IMG/VR virus record: IMGVR_UViG_3300045988_115306
Coordinates: 1-37,344 of that record
Length of the DNA: 37,344 nucleotides
Source: a virus
Reading direction: 5' to 3' (one strand)
Shown here: piece after piece, positions 1 through 7,854 of the stretch
How positions within the stretch are numbered: the first letter of the stretch is position 1
Layout of the letters: the number at the start of each line of letters is the position of its first letter
Notes under the pieces: model-generated
The model's input: the letters and a program-made list of their open reading frames with translations, nothing else
What the model was told of the DNA's origin: nothing
Databases searched by the model: none
Translations under genes and position numbers: made by a program

Positions 1-119
1 AATTTATTTGCTTGATATTCTTTTTCTTTTTTATCCATATCTGTCAATAGGTCAATATCAAATAAGTTATATCCGCCTTTATGCAATATAACATGACCTA
101 ATTCATGCGCTAACGCCAC
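1..119. repeat. Terminal overlap copy 1, identical to 37226-37344
   Basis: Base-by-base comparison of both window ends shows 119/119 identity. Confidence 0.97.
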
Positions 120-313
120 CTTTTTTGGTTCTCGTCTAGCCGTGAGTTAATAATGACATCCCTACTGAACGGCGTTCGAAGTAACATCCCCTTAACCTTT
201 AGCGGCATCGCTCTGTAATGGACATCAATATGCAATTTGTACGCAATGACATCTGGATCGTTCGACTTCATCTCTTTAATAACCTCTAACACTTTTGGCA
301 ACATTCGTCGCAT
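110..313 (-). pseudogene. immA: ImmA/IrrE-family metallopeptidase, N-terminal part; the frame breaks at the T6 (coding-strand A6) run at 121-126
   Basis: The product ends ...DVIINSRLDENQKRWR*. The -1 frame continues VALAHELGHVILH. One extra A would give ...NSRLDENQKKVALAHELGH, the usual ImmA layout. SD AGGGGG lies 8 nt before ATG 313. The gene sits directly downstream of the XRE repressor. Confidence 0.7.
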
Positions 314-354
314 AATACTAACCCCCTAATTTAATTTCACCCATGATAATGCTT

Positions 355-870
355 TTATTTCTTTTTACGCGATAACACCCCTTGAATTACACCCTCAATA
401 ATATTCTTTTCTTCGTCATTCAACTCATAATCGCCGTAGAACATCACGCTATGGCTGCCTAATAATTTTTTTAAATCCATATTTTGAGCGTCCTCTTTTC
501 CGTCAATGCGAGAGGATGCTTTTTTATTTTGCGCCGCCGCACCTCTTAATTGCATGGCGACGTATATATCGTCAATACTTTCATCGTCGTAGTGCGAGAA
601 ATCTGTATCAACACCGCAGCTTTTTATAAAGCCTATCTTTTGTTGACGAGCAGAGTCGAAGTCGTCAACCTCGCCAGTTAAATAGTATACAGACACACCA
701 AAATAGTCCGCTATCCTTTTTAGATTGTTAAATTTTGGCGACGAACGGCCTTTTTTCCAATCTGTAAGCGAGGCTGTGGATATTCCTGTATCTTTGCCTA
801 GCTTATAAGCGGTGATGTTCTCTCTCTTGATTAATGTTTCTATGCGTTCCCAAACTATTTTTTTATTCAT
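355..870 (-). CDS. XRE-family HTH phage repressor (ImmR/CI-like)
   Basis: N-terminal HTH (ITAYKLGKDTGISTASLTDWKKGRSSP...IADYFGVSVYYL). Divergent from the Cro-like gene and co-operonic with the ImmA-like gene. SD AGAGG lies 7 nt before the ATG. Confidence 0.85.
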   Translation of the reverse strand: MNKKIVWERIETLIKRENITAYKLGKDTGISTASLTDWKKGRSSPKFNNLKRIADYFGVSVYYLTGEVDDFDSARQQKIGFIKSCGVDTDFSHYDDESIDDIYVAMQLRGAAAQNKKASSRIDGKEDAQNMDLKKLLGSHSVMFYGDYELNDEEKNIIEGVIQGVLSRKKK

Positions 871-907
871 TTTTAAGCCTCTGTTTAAAATTTTTATGAA
901 CGCTTAA

Positions 908-937
908 TTGGACTATCTCGCAAATGTGAGTTATTAT
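908..937 (+). promoter_or_regulatory. Candidate rightward early promoter (TTGGAC-N17/18-TTATTAT) with an imperfect palindrome CTCGCAAATGTGAG (917-930) in the spacer
   Basis: Hexamers read by eye in the 183-nt divergent intergenic region. On the other strand, TTGTTA (954-959)-N17-TAATAA (931-936) shares the same -10 block. Confidence 0.35.
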
Positions 938-949
938 GTAATCACGAGG

Positions 950-1011
950 TAGCTAACAAATACGAGATAATCACAAAAACACTCAAATTCGTAAATATTA
1001 GCTAACAAATA
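950..1011. promoter_or_regulatory. Two direct copies of TAGCTAACAAATA (950-962 and 999-1011); candidate operator sites
   Basis: Exact 13-nt repeat spaced 49 nt apart, between the repressor and Cro-like genes. Confidence 0.4.
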
Positions 1012-1053
1012 TTAACTAATTCAAATATATCAGAAAAGAGGTGAATTGACAAT

Positions 1054-1236
1054 ATGTATGAAAAAATTGACAAGCTGTTAAAAGATAACAATATCACGCC
1101 TTATAGAATGTGCAAGGCATTGGATATTAAAACATCGTCCATGACGGCTTGGAAACAAGGCCGATACAAGCCTAGCTTAGATAATCTTAAAAAGATTGCC
1201 GACTTCTTTGGTACTACGATTGATTACTTCTTATAA
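1054..1236 (+). CDS. Cro-like XRE-family HTH protein
   Basis: 60-aa HTH protein (ITPYRMCKALDIKTSSMTAWKQGRYKPSLDNLKKIADFFG). First gene of the rightward operon. SD AAGAGGTGA. Confidence 0.85.
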   Translation: MYEKIDKLLKDNNITPYRMCKALDIKTSSMTAWKQGRYKPSLDNLKKIADFFGTTIDYFL

Positions 1237-1250
1237 AAGGGGGTGAAAAA

Positions 1251-1991
1251 ATGAACGAGTTACAAGTATTTAATAATGCAATGTTTGGGAATGTGCGGAT
1301 TATCTTACAAGATAATGAGCCTTGGTTTGTGGCAAAAGATATAACTAATATCTTAGGTTATCAAAATAGCAGCAAGGCGATTAGTGATCACGTTGATATT
1401 GATGACAAACTCAATAACGAAACGTTATCGAGTTTAGGGCAGCGTGGTGGGTGGTTAATAAATGAAAGTGGTTTATATTCATTAATTCTATCTAGTAAAT
1501 TACCTAGTGCAAAACAATTCAAACGCTGGGTAACAAGTGATGTACTGCCTAGCATTAGAAAATACGGCTCATATAGCATGGATATTCCTAAAACATTGCC
1601 AGACGCATTGAAAGCATATGCTAGTGAGATAGAGGCACACAATAAAACTAAAGCCTTAGTTGAGGCACAACGGCCGAAAGTGATTTTTGCCGACGCTGTA
1701 AGCACTAGCGATACAGACATTTTAGTAGGCGACCTCGCCAAATTGCTAAACCAGAACGGCTACGCAGTAGGGCAAAATAGACTATTTGAGCAGCTGCGAA
1801 ATGAGGGCTATCTGATTTCACGAAAAGGTAACTCTTACAATATGCCGACACAAAAGGCTATGGAAATGGGGCTTTTTAGAATTAAAGAAACAGCTATCAC
1901 TCATTCAGACGGTAGAGTAAGCCTCAATAAGACGCCTAAAGTAACAGGCAAGGGCCAGCAGTATTTTATTAATCGGTTTATAGGTAAATGA
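1251..1991 (+). CDS. Phage antirepressor (Bro-N-like N-terminus, KilAC/ANT-like C-terminus)
   Basis: The N-terminus is Bro-N-like (LQVFNN..FGNVRII..EPWFVAKDITNILGY). The C-terminal part is AQRPKVIFADAV..GDLAKLL. SD GGGGGTG lies 5 nt before the ATG. Confidence 0.8.
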   Translation: MNELQVFNNAMFGNVRIILQDNEPWFVAKDITNILGYQNSSKAISDHVDIDDKLNNETLSSLGQRGGWLINESGLYSLILSSKLPSAKQFKRWVTSDVLPSIRKYGSYSMDIPKTLPDALKAYASEIEAHNKTKALVEAQRPKVIFADAVSTSDTDILVGDLAKLLNQNGYAVGQNRLFEQLRNEGYLISRKGNSYNMPTQKAMEMGLFRIKETAITHSDGRVSLNKTPKVTGKGQQYFINRFIGK

Positions 1992-1992
1992 T

Positions 1993-2178
1993 ATGCAGCT
2001 ACTTATAGACTCTATATATGAATTTTACAATAACCCTCAAACCTTAAAAGACTTTGAGGAATGGAAAAAAGAAAGGGATAAAAACCATGAAAAAGAGAGT
2101 GCAGCAGTTAAAGCGAGCTCACAAATTAATGGGCTGGGTGTACGGCGACATTCTAAGCCAGCTGGTATATCACTTTAA
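1993..2178 (+). CDS. Hypothetical protein
   Basis: 61-aa ORF tightly coupled to the upstream stop (TGAtATG). Confidence 0.55.
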   Translation: MQLLIDSIYEFYNNPQTLKDFEEWKKERDKNHEKESAAVKASSQINGLGVRRHSKPAGISL

Positions 2179-2195
2179 AGAAAGGAAATAGAAAC

Positions 2196-2366
2196 ATGAT
2201 GACAAGGCAATTAAAAGCAAAACACAAACCCATGAAAGCTAGACAGCTAGGCAAAAGTGATGAGCCTACATCGTTACAAATGGCACTATTCACTTTCTTA
2301 ACATTGGTTTTTTTCTTTGCCACTGCTTATTGGTGGTGTACTGGTGAGGCTTTAATTAAATGGTAA
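2196..2366 (+). CDS. Small single-pass membrane protein (56 aa)
   Basis: Found by hand translation (below the ORF-track cutoff): MMTRQLKAKHKPMKARQLGKSDEPTSLQMALFTFLTLVFFFATAYWWCTGEALIKW. SD AAAGGAAA lies 7 nt upstream. Confidence 0.5.
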   Translation: MMTRQLKAKHKPMKARQLGKSDEPTSLQMALFTFLTLVFFFATAYWWCTGEALIKW

Positions 2367-2452
2367 TCGAGGTATTAGCAACGCTATGCATGGCAAGCAC
2401 ATTTCTAGCTGTCTTATACAGTATCTACTCAATGATCTGTATTTTGGCATAA
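2360..2452 (+). CDS. Possible 30-aa hydrophobic peptide
   Basis: Hand translation gives MVIEVLATLCMASTFLAVLYSIYSMICILA. It overlaps the preceding stop, and GGTGAGG lies 10 nt upstream. Confidence 0.3.
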   Translation: MVIEVLATLCMASTFLAVLYSIYSMICILA

Positions 2453-2458
2453 AAAAGA

Positions 2459-2482
2459 GCTATTCACAAAAAAGCGAATAGC
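2459..2482 (+). terminator. Weak hairpin (GCTATTC-N10-GAATAGC) after the small membrane ORFs
   Basis: 7-bp stem seen by eye, with no clear T tract. Confidence 0.3.
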
Positions 2483-2566
2483 CCTTAATTCCAATCACTA
2501 AGTGAAAGGAACATCACACAACATTATTATATCTTATTTTCTAATGAAAAGAAAGGACATCACACA

Positions 2567-3496
2567 ATGTACAAAAAGATTTTTGACAGTAAAAGTGCTA
2601 CTCGTGAAGAGTGGCTAAAGGTTCGCAAGCTAGGGCTTGGCGGTTCTGATATGAGCGCTGTGCTAGGCGTCAATCAATGGCGCAGCCCTCTCGATGTGTG
2701 GCTCGATAAAACCAGCGACACAGTAGAGGAGAAAGAAAGCGAGCCAATGTATTGGGGAACTATCCTCGAGGATATTGTAGCCCAAGAGTTCGCAAAACGC
2801 ACAGGCTATAAAGTGCGTAATAACAATTTCACATTACAGAGTGAGCCGTACCCTTATCTCTTGGCTAATATTGATAGGGAAATCGTCGGCCTAGACGCAG
2901 GGCTCGAGTGTAAAACGGCGAACGCATTTAAGGCTGATGAATGGCAAGGCGATAGCGTGCCAGACTCTTATTATATCCAGTGTCAGCACTACATGGCTGT
3001 TACTGGTAAAGCGAGTTGGTGGATAGCGGCTCTTATTGGTGGTAATACGTTTGTTTATAAAGAAATCAAACGTAATGAGGAAGTTATCAAGGCTATTGTA
3101 GATACTGGCCGAGAATTTTGGAATTTAGTCGAAACTAAGACTATGCCAGCGCCAGATGATAGCAAGGCTTGCAGTGAGGCACTCAAAAAGCTATATAAAC
3201 ACAGCAACGGTAAAGCTATAGAGCTGCCTGCTGCATATAGTAACGCTGTACTTGATTACCTAAAAATTAAAGAGCAGCTCACAGAGCTAGAAACTCAAAA
3301 AAGAGGCATTGAAAACCTCTTGAAAGATTATATGAAAGACAATGAAAAGGCTACAGCTGGCGAGCATGTTGTATCGTGGAAAACTAGCAAGCCTAGAGAA
3401 TTGTTTGACAGCAAAACGTTCAAGAGTGATCACCCAGATTTATATACAAACTACATTAAACAGGGTGAGCCTAGTCGTAGATTTGAGGTGAAGTGA
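2567..3496 (+). CDS. YqaJ-like viral recombinase exonuclease (PD-(D/E)XK)
   Basis: Contains GLGGSDMSAVLGVNQWRSPLDVW and NIDREIVG..GLECKTA motifs. Immediately upstream of RecT. Confidence 0.88.
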   Translation: MYKKIFDSKSATREEWLKVRKLGLGGSDMSAVLGVNQWRSPLDVWLDKTSDTVEEKESEPMYWGTILEDIVAQEFAKRTGYKVRNNNFTLQSEPYPYLLANIDREIVGLDAGLECKTANAFKADEWQGDSVPDSYYIQCQHYMAVTGKASWWIAALIGGNTFVYKEIKRNEEVIKAIVDTGREFWNLVETKTMPAPDDSKACSEALKKLYKHSNGKAIELPAAYSNAVLDYLKIKEQLTELETQKRGIENLLKDYMKDNEKATAGEHVVSWKTSKPRELFDSKTFKSDHPDLYTNYIKQGEPSRRFEVK

Positions 3497-3499
3497 TAA

Positions 3500-3664
3500 A
3501 TGATTGAGGTATATAACCTAAGAAAACTACTCGAGGCTATTCCTGATGAGTTTGATGTGATTATCAGAACGCCCTTTGATACATATGAGCGTACAGCTGA
3601 GATAAAAGGGGTATATATCGATTTTGAAAATGAAGTGTTAGTAATAGGGGAGATTAAAATCTAA
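3500..3664 (+). CDS. Hypothetical protein (54 aa)
   Basis: Hand translation gives MIEVYNLRKLLEAIPDEFDVIIRTPFDTYERTAEIKGVYIDFENEVLVIGEIKI. It fills the gap between exo and recT, and its stop overlaps the recT ATG (TAATG). Confidence 0.55.
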   Translation: MIEVYNLRKLLEAIPDEFDVIIRTPFDTYERTAEIKGVYIDFENEVLVIGEIKI

Positions 3665-4524
3665 TGGCAACTACAACAGGAATTGAATTAAAGAAAAACA
3701 CTATCACAGCCGCAAAAGAGGCTAAAACATTAAAAGGCATGCTTGAAAGCCAAGCATACAAGAAAAAATTCGAGGAAATGCTAGGCAAGAAAGCAGCTGG
3801 CTTTATGAGCAGTATTATTGCAGTTACAAATAACAATAATTACTTGATGAAAGCAGATCCTGCCACCGTCATTGGGGCAGCGGCACAGGCGGCTATGTTG
3901 GACTTGCCGATTAATCAAAGCTTGGGCTTTGCCTACATCGTACCTTATAAAGGTGCTGCACAGTTCCAGTTAGGCTATAAAGGGTATATCCAACTAGCCC
4001 AACGCAGCGGCCAATATGTAGACATTGGGGCCAAGACTGTATACGAGGGCGAGCTCGAATACGAGAACCGCTTGCTTGATAAATTCCGATTTGGCGAACG
4101 GACAGGCGATAAAGTCATTGGCTATTTAGCGTATTTTCGCCTAACTAATGGCTTTGAGAAAATGCTGTTTATGACACTTGATGAAATGCAAGCGCATGCC
4201 AAGAAATATAGTCAAAATTATAAGGGTGGTACTGATAAATGGGGCCTCGCTGACTTCAATGTCATGGCCGAAAAAACGGTACTCAAACGCCTGCTTTCCA
4301 AGTTCGGCCCTTTGAGCATTGAAAGCGTTCAAATGAGCCAAGCATTAAGTAATGACGGCGGCGTTATTTCCATGAACAAAGACGGCGAATTTGATGTCGA
4401 TTTCAGCGGTGAAACCATTGACGCAGAATATGATGAGCCAACGGCAGAGCAAAGCGGCGACACCTACAACGTAGCAGGCGAGATTATCGACGCTAACACA
4501 GGCGAGGTAGTAGGCCGTGAATAA
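3664..4524 (+). CDS. recT: RecT-family single-strand annealing protein
   Basis: Contains AAQAAMLDLPINQSLGFAYIVPYKG..AQFQLGYKGYIQLAQRSGQY. Paired with the YqaJ exonuclease. Confidence 0.9.
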   Translation: MATTTGIELKKNTITAAKEAKTLKGMLESQAYKKKFEEMLGKKAAGFMSSIIAVTNNNNYLMKADPATVIGAAAQAAMLDLPINQSLGFAYIVPYKGAAQFQLGYKGYIQLAQRSGQYVDIGAKTVYEGELEYENRLLDKFRFGERTGDKVIGYLAYFRLTNGFEKMLFMTLDEMQAHAKKYSQNYKGGTDKWGLADFNVMAEKTVLKRLLSKFGPLSIESVQMSQALSNDGGVISMNKDGEFDVDFSGETIDAEYDEPTAEQSGDTYNVAGEIIDANTGEVVGRE

Positions 4525-4756
4525 TAATGATAAAATGCTCGCTCAATTCGGCGCTGACTGGGTGAAAGTACGAGATCATATCGTAGCACTAAAGCTGGCC
4601 GATATTCCTTATACACCTACTTTTATGGTGCGAATCGAAAAGGAAACAGGTGTTTCCGCCAATACAGTAAAAAGCATTTTAGACTATGGTCTACAGATTG
4701 GGCTATATGGCAAGACGAGCGATAGAGATTATATTACGTTATCACCTGTTAAATAG
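4517..4756 (+). CDS. Hypothetical protein
   Basis: 79-aa ORF. GTG start lies 6 nt after GAGGTAG. Confidence 0.55.
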   Translation: MNNNDKMLAQFGADWVKVRDHIVALKLADIPYTPTFMVRIEKETGVSANTVKSILDYGLQIGLYGKTSDRDYITLSPVK

Positions 4757-4768
4757 AAAGGGGGATAT

Positions 4769-5629
4769 ATGGCAGAACAAAAGCGATATTACTGGTTTAG
4801 ATTGCACAAAGATTTCTTTCAAAAAAAAGAGATTAAGCGGCTGCGTAGAGTGGCTGGCGGTGATACCTACACCATAATTTATTTGAAAATGCTCTTACGT
4901 TCGATAGTTGACGGTGGCAAGTTATACTTTGACGGCTACGAGGAAACTTTTGTATCTGAGCTCGCTCTCGATATTGATGAAGATGAGCAAAACGTTCAAA
5001 TAACTGTAAATTATTTATTAAAAAACGGTTTACTTTTAGAATGTGAGTCCGATGAATATTACTTGCCAGAGGCGAATAATAACACAGGATCAGAAACCGC
5101 CGCAGCAAGTAGAATGCGGAAACTACGCAATAAATCGAAAGAATTAGACTGCAACAATGTTACAGAGTTGCGTAACAATGTTACAGAAATGTTACAAGAA
5201 TGTTCGCAACCGTTACAAACCTGTTACGGAGAGAAAGATAATAGAGAAAGAGATATAGATATAGTTAGACACAGAGAAAGAGATATAACTATATCTACAA
5301 CTAGAGATAAAGAGAATGAGGAGCATTCCTCTCCCTGTGTTTCTAATATCGAAATCTATGATTTATGGGTTGAAAAATTCGGAGTTGTCTCATCTTATGT
5401 GAAAGGCATTCTTGATGATTTAGTGAGTGAATACGGCTTACAGGAAACTAGCGAGGCCGTGAATATCGCTCATGAGCGTGGCAAGTCAAGTATTAGATAT
5501 GTAGAGGGGATATTGAAAAACAAAAGGTTAGAAAATGGAGCAATTCAACGTAACGGAAGAGCTGGAAAAATTAAAGAAGAGGCAGTTGATTGGCAAGCCG
5601 AGTACGAAAGAGTGCACGGCAAAGGCTGA
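4769..5629 (+). CDS. Phage replisome organizer with C-terminal DnaD-like domain
   Basis: N-terminus YYWFRLHKDFFQKKEIKRL..GGDTYTIIYLKMLL. C-terminus ..SSIRYVEGILKN. SD AGGGGG. The low-complexity linker coincides with DNA iterons. Confidence 0.8.
   Translation: MAEQKRYYWFRLHKDFFQKKEIKRLRRVAGGDTYTIIYLKMLLRSIVDGGKLYFDGYEETFVSELALDIDEDEQNVQITVNYLLKNGLLLECESDEYYLPEANNNTGSETAAASRMRKLRNKSKELDCNNVTELRNNVTEMLQECSQPLQTCYGEKDNRERDIDIVRHRERDITISTTRDKENEEHSSPCVSNIEIYDLWVEKFGVVSSYVKGILDDLVSEYGLQETSEAVNIAHERGKSSIRYVEGILKNKRLENGAIQRNGRAGKIKEEAVDWQAEYERVHGKG
5156..5287. repeat. Iteron cluster, candidate phage origin inside the replisome-organizer gene
   Basis: AATGTTACAG occurs at 5156 and 5177, AATGTTACAA at 5188, AATGTTCGCA at 5199, and GTTAC(A/G) at 5212 and 5223. 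From the second copy on, spacing is about 10-11 nt. These are followed by AGAGAAAGAGATATA at 5243-5257 and 5273-5287. Confidence 0.6.
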
Positions 5630-6257
5630 TTATGAATTTTTTAAGCCTATCTATGATAAGCCTATAGTTATTCAAAAGGATAAAAGCCAGACCTATGGAG
5701 TGTCTGGCATTCCTAAACGCTATTACGATATGAGCTTTGAGTGGTTAAAGAAAAACGGAACATTTCCAAAGGAAAACGCCGAAGCGTATCGTATAGTGAA
5801 CGGCTACAGGCAACACCTAGAGGAGAATTTAAACACAGGCAAGGGCCTCATATTGAGGGGCCCAGCTGGTACAGGGAAAACCTCTCTCGGTGTATGCCTA
5901 TTAAAAGAGGCGCTAGAGATTGGCAAGGGGTGCTTGATGATCTCAATGCCAAATCTCTTAGACAATATGCTCGCCTTGTCAAAAGTCGATAGCGTGGCAT
6001 TCATGAGCTACGAGCAAAAGCTGCGGAATATACCGCTCTTACTGCTCGATGATTTTGGGGCGGAGTATTCAAAATCTGAATGGGTAGCGGCTAAAGTAGA
6101 AAGTATAATCATAGACCGCTACAACAGAATGCGGCCGATTATCATCACAACTAACTATAGAGATAGCTGGATAAAGGACAACTACAGCCAGCGTATCTAT
6201 GATCGCTTGCGTGGCGAATATAAGGAGGCTGTTTTTATGGGAGGCTCTCATAGATGA
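5535..6257 (+). CDS. DnaC/IstB-like AAA+ helicase loader
   Basis: Walker A GPAGTGKTS and Walker B LLLLDDFG. The start is uncertain because of a 95-nt overlap with the upstream gene. Confidence 0.85.
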   Translation: MEQFNVTEELEKLKKRQLIGKPSTKECTAKADYEFFKPIYDKPIVIQKDKSQTYGVSGIPKRYYDMSFEWLKKNGTFPKENAEAYRIVNGYRQHLEENLNTGKGLILRGPAGTGKTSLGVCLLKEALEIGKGCLMISMPNLLDNMLALSKVDSVAFMSYEQKLRNIPLLLLDDFGAEYSKSEWVAAKVESIIIDRYNRMRPIIITTNYRDSWIKDNYSQRIYDRLRGEYKEAVFMGGSHR

Positions 6258-6397
6258 TAAAAATTCATTTAAACGCCCTATAAGGTGAGTTTAAAATTCT
6301 CACGATAAAATTATCGAGCGAATAGCTAGAGGGGGTAAAATAACGAAATTTTCCGTATAGAATTAGAAAATAATTTAAAAGATATAGAGGTGCAAAG

Positions 6398-6937
6398 TTG
6401 GAAATTGTAATATTGGGCCAACCAAGAACAAAAAAGAATAGCTCTCAAATCGCATTCAAAGGCAATAAGCGTGTAATCTTACCGTCAAAAGCGTTTAAAG
6501 CATATGAGAAAGTTGCTCTCATGCAGCTGGCTCGAGTGCAGGCTGTTCATGGGCCAGTATCGGTGCTGTGCCGCTATTATTTACAAAACCGAGCGCATTG
6601 GCCAGATTTGGTGGGCCTATTACAGGCAACTAGCGACATACTGCAAGCGGCTGGCGTGATTGATAATGATAAATACATCGTCAATTATGACGGCTCGAAA
6701 ATTGCAGGCATTGACAAGGACAGACCGAGGGCCGAGATCACTATTCAGCCAATTAATGAAAATACTGTCTTGCTTGATGAGTACGCACGGCAAAAAGCTA
6801 GAGAGTGCGACACCACTCAAAAGCCTAAACGCCGAAAAGTTGCACCAATTAGGGGCTACGGAAAGCCTAAAGCCCCTACCTCTATCTCTTACAAAGAATT
6901 TAGAAAGCTATTTCAGAAAGGACATCACACACCATGA
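6398..6937 (+). CDS. rusA: RusA-family Holliday junction resolvase
   Basis: Contains ILGQPRTKKNS.. and ..AAGVIDNDKYIV. TTG start lies 5 nt after SD GAGGTG. The basic C-terminal tail is longer than I would expect for RusA. Confidence 0.75.
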   Translation: MEIVILGQPRTKKNSSQIAFKGNKRVILPSKAFKAYEKVALMQLARVQAVHGPVSVLCRYYLQNRAHWPDLVGLLQATSDILQAAGVIDNDKYIVNYDGSKIAGIDKDRPRAEITIQPINENTVLLDEYARQKARECDTTQKPKRRKVAPIRGYGKPKAPTSISYKEFRKLFQKGHHTP

Positions 6938-7158
6938 CAAATAGCGAAAAAGAATACAGGTTGCTCTTGATAGGCGCAATCAGATTAGATATAGCAATCG
7001 ACGCACAGAGCGAAAGTGAGGCGCAAGAGTTAAAAACTCAAATCTTGCAAACTGTCAACGATCAGATTACAGTTGACTGCGGCAAGATAGAGGGCATTCA
7101 TGACGTATGCGTTGATGAAGTAGAACTCGAAATCGAAAAGCTAGTAATTTATGACTAA
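6934..7158 (+). CDS. Hypothetical acidic protein
   Basis: 74-aa ORF whose start overlaps the rusA stop (ATGA). Preceded by the GAAAGGACATCACACA motif. Confidence 0.6.
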   Translation: MTNSEKEYRLLLIGAIRLDIAIDAQSESEAQELKTQILQTVNDQITVDCGKIEGIHDVCVDEVELEIEKLVIYD

Positions 7159-7168
7159 GGGGGCAGCT

Positions 7169-7390
7169 ATGAAACGTACTATAAAAGCAGAATATGACGG
7201 CAAGCACTTCACGCTTACAGCAGAGAATTGTAACACAGTAGAGCTTTTATCCTTTGTGTGCGATGTGGAAGAGCAGGCCTTGTATATTGTAGCTGGTGAG
7301 GATACAGAGCTATTCAATGAGGCGAAAGCTGCTGTAATTGATGAAATCAAAGGCATAAATGAGGTGAGTCATGAGCGACTCGTCCAATAA
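7169..7390 (+). CDS. Hypothetical protein
   Basis: ORF 7151-7390. I prefer ATG 7169, which lies 5 nt after AAGGGGG. Confidence 0.6.
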   Translation: MKRTIKAEYDGKHFTLTAENCNTVELLSFVCDVEEQALYIVAGEDTELFNEAKAAVIDEIKGINEVSHERLVQ

Positions 7391-7850
7391 ATCACAGATA
7401 TTAGACGCCTGTTGTGGCTCTCGTATGTTTTGGTTTGATAAAGAGCATGAAAACGCTTTATATATGGATAATCGAACGTTAGAAACAACGCTGTGCGACG
7501 GCAGAAAGTTAGTAGTAAACCCAGATATAGTGGCCGACTTTAAAAACATTCCTTTTGATGATGAAACGTTCTATTTGGTTATCTTTGATCCGCCGCATTT
7601 GTTACACGCTGGCGATACGTCATATTTAAAAGCTAAATATGGAACTTTGGAGCCTACATGGAAAGATGATATTAAACAGGGGCTCGCAGAGTGTTGGCGA
7701 GTGCTTAAAGAAAACGGAACACTTATTTTTAAATGGAATGAGGAGCAGGTGCTATTTTCCAATGTAAAAGGGTTATTGCCTAGCGAGCCTATAATTGGAC
7801 AGCGCAGAGGTAAGACAATTTGGCTTGTGTTTTTCAAAAATGGGAGATAA
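7371..7850 (+). CDS. SAM-dependent DNA methyltransferase (amino-MTase type, DPPH motif)
   Basis: Motif I-like ILDACCGS and motif IV DPPH (VIFDPPHLLH). 159 aa. Confidence 0.65.
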   Translation: MSDSSNKSQILDACCGSRMFWFDKEHENALYMDNRTLETTLCDGRKLVVNPDIVADFKNIPFDDETFYLVIFDPPHLLHAGDTSYLKAKYGTLEPTWKDDIKQGLAECWRVLKENGTLIFKWNEEQVLFSNVKGLLPSEPIIGQRRGKTIWLVFFKNGR

Positions 7851-7854
7851 GGAA

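Noticed and set aside
107-130. Programmed ribosomal frameshift in the immA-like gene at CAA AAA AGG.
   Set aside because: The A6G run is not in the zero-frame X_XXY_YYZ register and I saw no downstream stimulatory structure. An indel (real or a sequencing artefact) is the simpler explanation.
5156-5320. The repeat cluster as a CRISPR array or a diversity-generating retroelement template/variable repeat pair.
   Set aside because: The repeats are 10-15 nt long at helical spacing and sit inside a coding linker. There are no spacers, cas genes or reverse transcriptase anywhere in the window.
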